A DNA stretch of 64,000 nt from Lingula anatina (taxonomy: Eukaryota; Animalia; Brachiopoda), in contig CM120642.1 in NCBI GenBank assembly GCA_051362555.1, positions 3,534,001-3,598,000 on the forward strand, written 5' to 3'. This document shows, piece after piece, positions 14,501-27,100 of this stretch. A program made the translations under genes and the position numbers. Each line of letters begins with the position of its first letter. Position 1 is the stretch's first letter. The notes under the pieces are model-generated. The model made no database searches. It had not been told where the DNA came from and saw nothing but the letters and a program-made list of their open reading frames with translations.

Positions 14501-17500
14501 CCGGGACACATAGCTTGGAAACTGGTTTCTTTTATGCAAGCTGACAGTTATGACACAAGATGTGACTTTAATTATTACACGATGCTTGTCTTCATACCTT
14601 GCATCCTGCTGCAGGTTATATATAAGATGAGTAACAAAGGGTTTAATGTATAGCACTGGTGATCTTTAAATATTGTAGGTGTGAAACAGGGTCAGGTAGA
14701 GGGTTTGTTTTTATTGAAAATTTTGATCTCCTGTAAGATAAATGTGAAGGTGGCTGGATTTTGCTAGTGAGGGCATTAAATGCCGGAACATTTATTCTCT
14801 GCTTAATCTTGATTGTTTATAATTAAATGTTTGTTTTAAAGCTCAAAAGCTGAACATTCTGTCGTGGATGTGTATTGCTATTCTTAAGTCTGAATTTAAT
14901 TTTTCAGGAGAAAAAGTCTACTCCATTGAGTGTAGAAGCAAAGCCACCTCAACAAACTAGGTAAGTTTTTTTTCTTTTAATCTCAACGTAAAGGTGATGG
15001 GCTACAGAGACTACTATCAGAGAGTAAAGACACTTAACCAAAGCAACTTCTTACATATTATATATGGATCATTTTGCAGTGATTTGAATAAAATTCACCT
15101 CTTGGAAGTTTTAAGGTTGCCAAGTAAAACAATGACTTTGGCACGAATATGATTAACAAACTGTAAGTTCACTTTCAAAGAAAAGATTGGTCCTCCATAA
15201 ATTATTTCAATAAATCTGACTCAGAAATAAATTGAAATATTTATGAAAAATTTGCTGAGTCATTAATTATATGCTTCGTATAATTAAATGCTGGTATGAG
15301 ACAAGATTGAGAATAAGGGTGGATAAACTCTGTGAAAACCAGATGAACTTTGTTTGGGAAAAGTCCATTATTCAAAAAAAAAAAAGATCATCCAAGCAGT
15401 ATTCCAGTCCAGCAGCTTATTCAGTATGAAAGGTGTTTAATGTCAGAGACTGAGAAGATTGAGAAGGATTTTGTGACCATGTTGCCTCACTGTGTTCTTT
15501 GTTTTTACAGTAATTTTGCTCCGTACCAGTGGACTATTAGAGCACAACAGCAGCAGCCTGTAGAATCTGAGAAGGACAGAAATCTCAAAGGTAACTAATT
15601 AAGGAATATAATTGAATGGAACAATGGAAGTTACTTCATAATGAACAAAGATCCAAGGACCTGAGATTTGGCTCAACATTCAATTCGGCCAACATTCAAT
15701 TTTTGACTTTGATATAAACAAAAAGGTTGCAAACACTCTTCATGGTACCTCAATGAATGTCGGAATATGCTTGGTAACATGTTATTTGTGATGTTGCTGC
15801 AGAGATGGACATAAATTTACATAATTAACTGCTAACTTTTATTTGAAGAATAAATTTTAGTTTGGTCAGTTCAACAAAAATTAATACTACTCTTTAGTGT
15901 TTGCAATATTGACTTTCTCTGTTCAGATTTGATAAGCTTGTTTCAATCTTACAGAAGAAGAAGAAAAGAGAAAAGTGCAAGAAGAACAAGAAAGATTAGA
16001 CAGAGAGCTGAAGGAGAGACAAAAGGAAGAAGAAGAAGAAAAAATGCGTCTGTACAACTTGGAAAACCAGCGGCGTGAAGAAGAGAGACGTCAAGAAGAA
16101 ATGGAAAGAAAGAAACAAGAAGAGCTTGAAATTCAGAAATTGAAAGATAGAGAAGATCAACTGAAAATGATGGAAGTAAGTTTCACATTGAGAAAATTTA
16201 ACTATCTGAATTATGATCCAAAACGTTGAAGAATAGGATTGAAATTTGATGATTTGTTAATGAGAAAAGCTAAAAATTTAAATATTGTTGAATAAGTGGG
16301 ATTTAAATTTGATGATTTGCTTGAAAATAGCTTATGTTTTATCATATTTTTAAAGGAACGTTTAAGACAAGAGCAAGAAAAGCTGAGAATGGAAGCAGAG
16401 AGGTTACGCAGGGAGAAGTCAGACAGACAAAAACAATGGGACGAACAAGAGGAAGATCAAACGACACAGGAACAAGAACCTGTACAAAGACCACAGCAGC
16501 CCAAGTTAGCATCAGCAGCTCCGTGGCAGGAACCACCGAAAAAGTTCAGTCCAGTCTCCTTCAAAAAGGATTCTTATGTGAACTATCCCAAGCCATTTTC
16601 ACGAAGTCCTGACCACCAAGAGGTTCACAGGTCCAGCTGGGAGCAACCTGCCCCAAACTTTTTAGACAACAGAGGTAAACATCTCATGACAATATAAACT
16701 TTCACCAATTCAGAATATTTTAATTTCAGTTGAGAGAACCTAGTGGAAAAATGCCTTTCCCCAATACAATTGATAAAGAACATAAATATATTAAATGCCT
16801 TGGAAGAAGCCCTTATTGAGATTATAAAGTATTGATTTATTGTTGCTTTAAGACAGGCATCCATGTGCATTTTTTGAGATGTGTTAGTTAAAACATGATG
16901 TGTGTCATACTCCAAAAGATAAAGAAAATAATGCAGAATGTTAAAAATAATGTTTATCAGTTTCCTGTAACTTTATTGTATAATTGAAGAAAACAAGAGT
17001 GAACTTGTTTCTTTCATATTCAGGTCTATTTGAGAGAAACCAAGGTCATCCAGAAGAGCCAATAGAAGAGAAGCCCGTTGCCAGGGTGATGACTCCCCCA
17101 CAGAAACACCAAGCAGCTGTGATAAGCCCAGAGCAGCGTCTGCATCAGTTGGTTCACACTGCAGATAATGAGGAGGTCCCTCAGCCCAAGACATTCAGCC
17201 AGCAACTTCAGCAGCCAAAACCAAGTAAACTGGAGCCAGTGATGACCAGAGAAGATGTGCTGAAAATGTCAAGAAATCCCGCTCCTACATGGAGGCCTTC
17301 ACAACCAGAGCAGACGACAGTAGAGGGCGTTCATAAGCCTGTGGCTGTGAAGTCTCAAGATGAGGATCCAAAGAAGAACAGGCCTAACATAAATGCTGTG
17401 CCTAAGACTCGATTGCTTAAAAGTGATGGTTGGATTTTGTCAGAGGATGAGAGACAGAAAAAACAGAAACGCAGGTCAGAGATTATGCGTAAACAAGGGT

Positions 17501-20500
17501 TTAACCCACAGGAACACTGGGTTGTGCAAGAGGCAGAAAGACGAAGACTAGCAGAACAAAATGAGCGTGAGAGACTGCAAAAGCTCCAAAGTCGCCACTC
17601 TGCTCAAGGGCCATCTAATGCAGCACACAATAAAATCGATCAGGAACCATTTCAAACACGCGATGACTCTCAGAAAAACTGGAATTCACTTCACTCTGAG
17701 CAACCACAACCTAAGAGAGACGCCTCTCCTCCATTAAAACCCATACCTGATAGTATCAAGCAGTCTCTTATGGATAGGGTCAGTTCAACAGAGAGAATCT
17801 CTCCCCCTCGAAGTCCGACACGCCCCACCCCACAGCCAGCTCATCATCATCTTCAACAGCCAGAGACTTCGCAGACATTCAGGAGTCCTCTCATCCAGAT
17901 CCAGCCTCAGCAGTCGAAGCCAGCATACCAGCAGCAGAGGTGGGACAGCCAAGACGCTCCCTCCATCACATCAGGACCACAGCCAATGAGCTCCAGACAG
18001 CCACCCACCCCTGAGAAAGAACCCCCACCCCCACCTGCCAAACCCCCCAGGTCTGCCCCTGGGAAAGAATCCAGAAAGGAGCCAGTTGACCCGTCTGTTT
18101 TATCAGTCAGCGGGAAACAGAAGTGTTCTCACTGCAACAAGGAACTAGGTAAGATACATATAAAGTTTTATCTGTATGTATTTTTATTTTTGTTTTTATT
18201 ATGTATTTAATTTTCATTTTATTGGATTAGAGAAATGTGTATTGCAGACAATAATTTGACATTTTGTGGTTTTAATTTATTGTAAGTGTTAAAAACAGGG
18301 TAGATGGAGAGAGTTCTTATTTCATTTGGGCTGGCTGGGTAAAATTGGGATTTTTTTATCATTCATGGCATAGAAATATATGTTCAGTGTAGAACTATGA
18401 TCAGAGGTTTGACATAAATATAAATTACATGTGCAAATTTATTCTGGAAAGGCTATGCATGATATGCATGTAAAATATTTACTTGAAAGATAACAAGATC
18501 AAAAGCACATACTGTGGCCCAGATATTTCTGCATGATGAGAAGAAAAAAACGTACATGTCTGCTTTAGTAAACTATTTTATGTTTTAAGAATGAATGGCC
18601 ATATTCATTTGGTTTTAGCAAATGTTTTATGCTGAGGAGTTAGGCAGTTGATTGCACCCCTCATAGCTATTTTATCCAGCTGTGTTCCCACGTGAGACTT
18701 TTTGTGATAAAGCCTTATACTGGGGATTACAAAAGGGATAATAAAGCAAGGAGTTGTAATCAAATCACCTACTACCTGAAATTAAGGACTTTTTTTATTA
18801 AAACCAAATGAATGTTGCCTATGTCGTCTGCTCTATGTTGCATGGTGGCCATGTGCCATCAGCGTCACAGCAAAAGCTGCTGGCTTGACTATGTTGCTCT
18901 CTTTCTCTCTCTGAGATATTGAAAAATGAGACTCATAATTTTTGGAAAAAGATTTGGAAATATTTATGGGATGTTTGCAAACAGCCCAATTTTGGCATCT
19001 ATGTATGATAAATTGGAAAGAATAGAAGTAGTATTGTTTTAGAAGTAGTATTGTTCTGAAGGACAGTTGTGAGAAAAAAAAGGAATTGATGTGTTATTGA
19101 AAAGCAAACTGTATGATTAATCAAAGGTACATTGATTTTATGTTAATTTAGTTTTTTATTTAACTTGCATTTGATTTAGTTAAATTCTTTCATTTTATTG
19201 AAATTTTTCACATGAGCTTTACAAAGTGGTGTGGCAGGATTTGAGGAAATTCTCACAACACCAAATTTTGAGTGAGAGAATCAAAAAGTGAAGTGAGAGA
19301 GAAATAGAACTGATTGTAAGACTATTTCTTTCATTTGCACGCTTGGAGTCTTCTTTAATTTCTCTATGTGGCCATTTGCTAATGGCATGACTTTCTCCGC
19401 CATTGCTTCAGGACGGGGTGCCGCCATGGTGATAGAGTCCCTCAACTTGTTCTACCACGTACAGTGTTTCCGCTGCTGTGTATGCCACGCGGCACTGGGT
19501 AACGGGTCCACGGGTGCCGATGTAAGAGTGCGAGTTTCCAAGCTACATTGTAAAAATTGCTACAGCAACGACGAAGGTATCTCTTTTTTGGGGACGTTTT
19601 GAAGTCCGTCTCCTCCTTAGCGCCCAGGCCTTATACTACGTGGGGTGGAAGGTGACTAATTATAACATTTATGATATCTGCACGCCACTAACAACTTACA
19701 GATCTGACACAATGGATGACAGCTTGCCTATGCACATCTTTTTGTATCCTCAGCTCTAATGCTACGTGCACTGACTGTTTTGCTTTGACGAGCATTACTG
19801 GGATAATCTTAATCACCCTTTTTTATTTTGATTTATTTTTTTGTCTTTTTTTAATTAACAAAATTATGTGATAATAATTAAATTTGGAATTAAGGTGTAA
19901 TTATGCTAAAAGCATGTTTAAGTATAACCATTCCTATCTTGTATAACACTGCATGTGGTGTAGTTTATGTGATAGAAAATTAACTGATTGGTGGGGTGGT
20001 ATCATTTTGGGAGTGTTAAATCTGGTGTTTAGTTACAATGAAATTTGAAAAAGGAGGAATGTGTAAGATGTTTTTACTTAACATGTTTTTTATGACTTAA
20101 AACAATAATGGTGATTTAACAAAAAAGTAAATAAAGGTTTATTTTGGAGATCACACAAAATAACAAAGAAAAAGAAGGGATATTGCTGTCTAAAAATTAC
20201 AAAGTGCATCCTAGTTCTTCAGATAACATGAAAAGTATGTCTAACAAAAATTGGAAATATTTTGAGAAATACTGTGAGGAGTTTGCTCAAAATGGACATG
20301 TTCATCTCCTCTCAACAAACAGTGGAATATGGTGTTGCATTTACTGTTACTAATAGGATTTGTGGAGGTCAGATTCATATAATATTAGTCACCTTGCTTC
20401 CCCCAACCCAAGCCCAACTTTATCCAATTGTGTGGTTTTTATTTCTGTGTGACATCTTTTTATCTTTGTTTATGTGACATTTCTTCGTCCATGTCACCTA

Positions 20501-21282
20501 GTTGTATTTGGGCTTACTCTAGTAAATTCAGTCATCAGACCATTAAGGAAAATGAAAAAAAAGTATGAATCACTCACAGTTTGAGCGCCCCAAGCTGAAA
20601 ATTATCAAAGCCATACATGTTCATTTCATTTTCTTTAACCAAAGCTATTTGAAAGTAATGGGGGTGAATATATTTGCTAATGTAAGCCCAAGGGGTTACA
20701 AGACCAACTTAACAAACACATTTAATGAGTTGATTGAGGTAAAGTACCATCAGTTTTAATCCAGTTTCGCATGGTGGCTTTTTAACTAAGAAACCTGTGT
20801 AGAAAATCAAATTTTTATTTTATTTCATTTTTATTCAATACTTTTAGCACTAAGATTACTGGTCTTTCAAGTTTTGTGGTAGCCTGTAGAATCCATTCAA
20901 CTTATCACAATGCATATTAGATTGTTTTTGGTTTTAAATCTATTTAAACTTACATATATATTGATATAAGTATGTTTTTTTTGCTGGATTTTGTATGTTT
21001 CTTATTTCATCTGTGTTTAATCAGTGGTATTGGTTCACTGTTGTCTTTTTTTTATTATAATCTGTTGACTTAGTAAGCATTTAGATCTTTTGACTTTTTA
21101 TATATATATAAAGACGTGGTAAATTCATAGTAATCAATTGATCAAAGATCCATTAATATCCACAATATTCATGCAGATCAGTTTAGCAAGAGATTTCACC
21201 TGGACATTATTCAAACATTTTGAAATATTTTTTCCATTCCTTTTTTTTTTTTTCAGCTGGCCTTAAATACAGTGCTGTGTGA
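1743..21282 (+). CDS. LMO7: LMO7/LIMCH1/Smallish-like PDZ and LIM domain scaffold protein (5' end lies upstream of the window)
   Basis: Phase-consistent GT-AG exon chain: 1743-1885, 2361-2640, 2987-3304, 3510-3630, 4134-4292, 4678-4829, 5391-5462, 5818-5911, 6323-6783, 8882-8992, [11281-13938], 14908-14960, 15511-15590, 15955-16175, 16356-16674, 17024-18148, 19412-19576, 21257-21282 (TGA). It encodes an LSSWKQRRRS...KSFAEMRKER motif typical of LMO7/LIMCH1, a PDZ domain (FGFTLKGG...GLDEGDEVISVNG), E/K/Q-rich coiled coils, and a C-terminal LIM domain ([40 protein letters not shown]...LHCKNC). The protein ends in YSAV. Confidence 0.88.
2011..2179. mobile_element. ~170-bp non-autonomous hAT-like MITE (family A, copy 1)
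   Basis: Starts CAGGGGTGGATCC and ends ...aaatccgcccg(ag). The body is the reverse complement of 58472-58640 (shared cccgtcaatgtaaacttgaaaatctgacc and ttccaaattatctttgttgatccatc). Confidence 0.75.
5261..5322. repeat. Short tandem repeat, 3 x ~22 bp (cctaacttgattgaaaa...)
   Basis: Three visible copies of ctaacttgatt(g/a)aaaa. Confidence 0.7.
5465..5529. repeat. (TTA)n microsatellite
   Basis: Perfect TTA run directly after the donor at 5462; it explains the poly-Tyr in ORF 5355-5537. Confidence 0.95.
9343..9679. mobile_element. Kolobok-like MITE (TTAA TSD), copy 1
   Basis: TTAA|AGGGATAATAACTCTTCG ... CGAAGAGTTATTATTGCT|TTAA. Near-identical copy at 43506-43842. Internal 28-bp perfect palindrome at 9511-9538. 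A TTAA TSD with purine termini fits the Kolobok superfamily. Confidence 0.8.
11281..13938 (+). CDS. Giant 2658-bp symmetric (phase 0-0) internal exon of the LMO7-like gene
   Basis: The 906-aa ORF 11236-13956 has acceptor caacag|GTC at 11281 and donor GAGAAG|gtactg at 13938, in frame with the flanking exons. It has no RT or transposase motifs and is low-complexity acidic/Lys-rich. Confidence 0.65.
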
Positions 21283-24200
21283 AAGAATGTGCTCTCAAAT
21301 CTCACCTAACACAATATGGAACCATGTTGAGACAAACAATTATGTACTGAAGATCATCTGAAGTTCATCTGGTGCAATGTCGACTTAAAAAATTTTTAAG
21401 TACCATGTCTCACCTTACTTGATATGGAACTGGGATGAGATAAAAGTCCATTGTGCTCACAGAGCTCACCTAACACATCTTGAGCAAAAGAAGGAATCTG
21501 AGTCTTTATAACCAGCTTTATGTACAAGGCAACAATCAGCACAGTTATCAATACATTATTATTATAGGAATGTATACTGCTTTTAAGAACCTCAAAGGAC
21601 CAAACTGGAATTGTAATATACTTGTAATGCACTGGTGTTGTAGGGATTGGGCATGGTGAACAGTATTGGTTAAATTCTGGTGTGAGCGAGATTAATAATT
21701 ATGATGATATATTTAACATGTCATGATTAACTTAATAATTTGATTAATCCATCACTGGGATATGGTAGTAAGAGCTGATATAGTAGTTCTAAAAGGACGA
21801 CATAAGTATTTGTTGTTCACAATATTTGCTGTTATCATGGATTACATTATTAAGTCACAATTTGAAGGTTTTATTTGGTCGTTGCAAAATGCAATCTAGA
21901 GAAAGTTATTCTAAGAAGATTGTTTTTGTGACTGCACTTCCGTTTACATAAAAAAATGAGGAGATTGAATTTATCAAATGTAAACTTAATGAACAAATAC
22001 ATGTGTAGTTGTGATGGTATATGTCGTACATCATTGATAAAATCTAGTTATTGAACTTTGGAAACTTTTCATTTGACCAAGGAAAACTATGCACAAGAAG
22101 TCGGTTTCTGGACTGTTATATGTTAAATGTATATAATTGTATCACACTCCTATAGCAAAAGAGCAAACAAAATAATGGGTAGATGGTTGTGACATAGACT
22201 ATACTTATATACAATATATTCAGCTATGTAAATGAATATGAAGCAATAGCTTGGTTTGTTGATGTTCAGAGAATTTGCAGCTTTACCATTTAACATTAAT
22301 AGCAATAAGACAAACAATAGTTCTTTTAATTGTACACACTGGTTTAAATGTTGAGCCCTGATTGTTGACATATTTTGTATGCCAAAAATATCCTTATGCT
22401 ATTCAGAAAATTTCTTTAGAGAAACTTTACATCCAAATGAGAACTGGAAAAATTTTAAATAGTGTCAGTTTTAATTACTAGGTTGAACTTTGCATTCAGG
22501 GGAAATGCAATATATACCACAGATTATTGGAATACTACTATTATTTGGATGCTCTTAGATGTGTCTTCATAATTAAGACTGACACGTTCAAAAAGCTCTG
22601 CCTGCTTCATGAAATGATGTTTAGCAGCCAACATCGTAGAGGTCTTCTTTTTAATCACATATTCCCCAAAACAGTAAAATCCATGGAATGCAATTTGTAT
22701 TAACATAAGATTGATCCATATATATGTCTTGTCATATTTGCATGTATTTATAAACCCAACCATATTTTGAGAGGCCTTTTGTTTTATTTTATTTGATTAT
22801 TATTATTTATTATTGTTATTATCTTTTTGCTTGGACCCCAGACTATTTAGTAGCTTCAACTCTGTGAAGACCAGCATTATAAGCCCATGATCCTTTAAAA
22901 GGGTTTACACAACAAATGATTCTTTTGTTAACTGTCCCATTGCTTGAGTATAGGTTTGTTTATTTGACTCTGCAGTATTCTTGTTTTACCTTTATATTTA
23001 TTTCTGGTCCTGTATATAATTCTTGTCAAATGACACTAAATGCTAATGTACAGTCTATGTAAATTTTCATTTGTTACATACTGTTATACATTCATATATA
23101 TATATCTATATACATATATATATATACATACAATGGTGTGTGCTTTAACATTGCTGTAGCTAATCTTAAATTTATTATGTACCTTATTTTTTATGCAGCT
23201 GCACTTTTTTCCATGAAATATACAAAATATTTTGCCACAATAGACTGAAGGAAGAAATCAGATAGTATTGTCTGATGTCACGGCACTGGTAATGAAAACT
23301 GGTTTACCAAAGTAGAACAGAAAGTTATGTGCACCACAAGGTAGTAAAAAGCCCAGACATTTAGTTGTTAAGGTCCAAAAGTTATTTATCATAATCATTT
23401 ATTTGCTTTGCAGAAAGCATTTTTTCATTAATGAATATCTGAATATCACTAAAAAAGGAAATAAATTGGTGGTGTCTTTGAAAGCTGTTTAGGAAAATCT
23501 GTCAATTTAAGATCCATTGGAATAAAATGCAGAAGCAGTAGTCGTGAATTTTGGAGAAAAGGCCTAAATGGTAAAGGATGTCGATGATTACATACAAATG
23601 TTGTGAGATGGGTTTGTTATTGGCTAAAATAAAGTTAGCAACTTGGTAGGGCATGTCACTGGTTTTACTTGCCAAGATTTGTTAGTTGTCACCAAACTTA
23701 TGGACATAATATATGGCAAAGCCACAGGTCCATAGGCATATGGAAAGTTATAAATTGGTGGGGAAGTTGAAAGGGGTATGTGAGGGCGTTCCAGTTTCCT
23801 CCTTCTCTCCCCCCCCACCTCTGCCTTTGAAATGAAAACAAGATTACTCTCATGTAATTTTTTATACTTCACTAAGGTTACACTGCCACATTTTGTTAAG
23901 AATAAGAATTCTTCGCCAATTCACCAGTAAGATGCATTTTGAACCAGTGAATTGATGTTAGTGGTTTTAATTTTAAATACAGTGACATGTTATTGCACAG
24001 TTGGTACTAAGCAGTAGTTGTTAAGAGAACTAGAAACACCTGTGGCAGAATTCAAATAAGGGGTAACCTAAAACATACCTGTGATCTGACTCAAGTTAAA
24101 CATCACCTGTAGAGTTAAAGCAATTTATCATGAAAGGGATTTAATACAAGTACAGGAGCAAGTGGTTTCATCTAATAAAATCATGATAAATTAAAGGTGT

Positions 24201-24403
24201 CAGTACTTAATAATGGATTATCTGTGGCACGGGTAATAACATTTTGTCATCTTATTTTGTATAATTTGCATGGGCTACAGATTGTATTTGACACATATCT
24301 ATAGCTTTACACTGTGAATCATGATAAACATGCAAAAAAGCTTAAAACCATTATTAATATGCCAACTTGGAGTGTATATTTTTGTCTATTGGGCATAAAT
24401 AAA
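21283..24403 (+). other. Probable long 3' UTR of the LMO7-like gene
   Basis: T-rich sequence without credible ORFs after the stop at 21282. AATAAA signals occur near 23460, 23521, 24174 and 24398; the true end is uncertain. Confidence 0.45.
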
Positions 24404-24687
24404 TATGCTATATAATGCTGTTAATATGAAATGGTGTTTTGTTAGACTGACGTCACAGTGTTCCGAAATTTACACCAGATGCCCACACAGATGTGGAATT
24501 TTGAATTTCGCGCAAAGACATTTTGAAAAAACGCTTGAGCTACTAAAAAATCTGCTAATTTTGCAAACACCTTGGCGCCATATTCATGTAATCGTACTAT
24601 AATGTAATAGTAACACCACGGTGTCACAGGAGTGGCAGTCTTAAGAATGGAAGACCTGGGACCCATATGATTAATACAGGTAAGGTT

Positions 24688-24854
24688 CAGGCCCGTAGCC
24701 AGCAAATTCAAAAGGGGGGTTCTTTTTCTGAAAAAGTGGACCTTTTATAATGAAACTTATGTGTACCTAGATAAAATTTTACCCAAAATGGACCTTTACC
24801 TGACAAAAGGAGCGGTTCTTTCGAACCCCCCGAACCCCCCTGGCTACGGGCCTG
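24688..24854. mobile_element. ~165-bp hAT-like MITE (family B, copy 1)
   Basis: Perfect 15-bp TIR CAGGCCCGTAGCCAG / CTGGCTACGGGCCTG with flanks aggtt/gggtt. Inverted copy at 34236-34399. Confidence 0.85.
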
Positions 24855-24878
24855 GGGTTAGTCGGAATACTGGGGTTA

Positions 24879-25292
24879 GTATTTAGGACGAATGTCACCT
24901 CTACCGGAACAAAGTAATGGGGAACGGAATACGGTTCCTAGCAGACTGCCATCCCTGTCACGACGGCACGAACAAACACGGAGACAGACAAAAACACATA
25001 GAAAGATCGAATCTACACAGGGTTTGGTTGCCAAATATAATTTTCCTCGACGCAAAAGCAATTTCTCTTAAGAATTCTTGCTTCCATTTACCTTTCACAC
25101 ATGTAAGGATATCGTGGGGGTCATATCGTGTCATATTCGTTGCATGAAGCTGACCGATTATCCAACGTGTGGAAGGAAAAACGACAACGTGAAGTGTTCG
25201 CAATGCCATAATGACAGGAATGGTAGTCCTGTAGGAACCGTAGTCCGTTCCCCATTACTTTGTACAGATGACGTCGACGTTCGTCTAAAATA
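24879..25292. repeat. Imperfect ~90-bp inverted repeat pair (degenerate MITE-like)
   Basis: acaaagtaatggggaacggaatacggttccta...ccatccctgtca (24909-24960) is the reverse complement of tgacaggaatgg...taggaaccgtagtccgttcccattactttgt (~25212-25263). Confidence 0.7.
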
Positions 25293-25300
25293 TAATACCC

Positions 25301-25471
25301 TGCGCCGACAGACAACTAACAACGTAGCTTAAACAACAACAACAATCTACACGCAATTTGGTAACGTATGTATCGGTAACGTACGTGTCGATAGATATGC
25401 TACCGATACACACATACGTTACCAAATTGCGTGTAGATTGTTGTTTACGTTGTTAGTTATCCGTCGGCGCA
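25301..25471. repeat. ~170-bp foldback hairpin
   Basis: tgcgccgac...acaacaatctacacgcaatttggtaacgtatgt pairs with acatacgttaccaaattgcgtgtagattgttgt...gtcggcgca; the core stem of >30 bp is perfect. Confidence 0.85.
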
Positions 25472-25745
25472 ACTACGTGAGTGCGTGAGACGTCATACAT
25501 GCGAGTACGTTTGTTTCTACAATGCACATTACACATTGTTACATTGTCATAGCGAGTTTGATATCCATCGATATATACGTTACCTATGTTTTTAATAACT
25601 GTTAGCTGTCTCCAACTTCTGGTGAGCCAACACCTAATTTTTTACTGCACATTACGTTACAATAAAATAGAAACGGGACAAAATAGGGAAGTTGTCTTTA
25701 AACGATTTGTAGACATTATTCACATTATACATAGGCCTACGTTAC

Positions 25746-25938
25746 CAGGGGCGAATCCAGGATTATTTGAAGGGGGGGTCCGGAACGACAGGCCTCTGAT
25801 GCAAAGCCGACCATCGCCCTCTTGGTGTGGGATTTGGGCCTGCTCAACGACACGGGATATTGGTGCGATATATTTTTCAGAAACCGAGTCAAGACTCCCC
25901 TGACCCCCCCCCCCCCCCCCCCTCTAAGTCAGCCACTG
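25746..25938. mobile_element. Degenerate hAT-like MITE (CAGGGGCG...GCCACTG)
   Basis: CAG...CTG termini with subterminal G and C tracts like families A and B. No clear TSD. Confidence 0.5.
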
Positions 25939-26741
25939 TATAACCAGTTATACTTCCAGTTCCAGGTTCCATTGCAAAATAACAATAATAAAAAGAGCTG
26001 GAAAACGCGTTTGGATACAGTGCTTATCCCTTTATAGTGCTAAGCAGCCAATATTTATTATATTATACCCAGATCCTTGAATAAGCTCTGTACAGTAGCA
26101 CTTACTTAAATTTCATCGATAAATAATAAACTTTGTGAGATAATGCATATTTGATGCTTTTTCATTTACCCATATATGCAGTATGTGTATTCAAAGTGAT
26201 TCTATTCCAAACTTTCCACGTGGACAAAACATACTATGAAATGAATAATAAGAGAAAGAAAGTTGAACTGAGCAAAATGTAATTTTGATCGACAATCAAT
26301 AAGGTCAGTGTTCTTGGGAGAAAGCCAGAAATGTTTTGATAAAGAGCAGTAGCCAATGTCAGATAGCATACTGGGCAACACTAACATGTTAACATGACGA
26401 TATATGTGCTTCTAACAGCGATCTGCATATCTTGCAACAGCAAAAGAGAGCTCTTTTTTTCTAAAATAAATAATGGTAAATAAATAGCGAACACTTTCTC
26501 CTTGTAACGTATTACAGGATTTACGCAAAGGTGGTCATGGTCTTCAAAATTAAATGACCCATCACGTGATCCGAAGCCCGTATCTAGACACCCACGAATG
26601 TAGGTTATCGGCTTTATATATAGCGTGTGCCTAGAATTACATAATCTGTCCGTATTTCAGTACTTTATACCGTCAAAGTCTTACTGGATCGGGCACCTGT
26701 ACGACTGTCGAGTTGTAGACAAACAACAGCGTTATAAGAGG

Positions 26742-27066
26742 ATGGGAGACACGCCGGAAGGTAACGTTATTGGCTAGGAAATCCCGATGCACGAGCATAA
26801 CTTTCAGCTGAGTGACCTCTGTTCACAAGAAATGCTAATTAATGTTTTATCATATTTGGCGATCTCGCCAGTCTGGTGGAATGGCGGGCACCATGAGCAT
26901 TAAGAAATGGTCTATTCATTCTTAATATGTTCAGTAAATTTCATGTTGACAAATTTTCATGAAGAATATGAGGATTTATGTGACAGTGTTTTGTTTATTG
27001 TTATATTTTGTAATTGCATCGTGCACTGCCCTTAAACAACTAGAGAACAGAGTGAGAGAGAGATGG

Positions 27067-27100
<34 letters not shown>

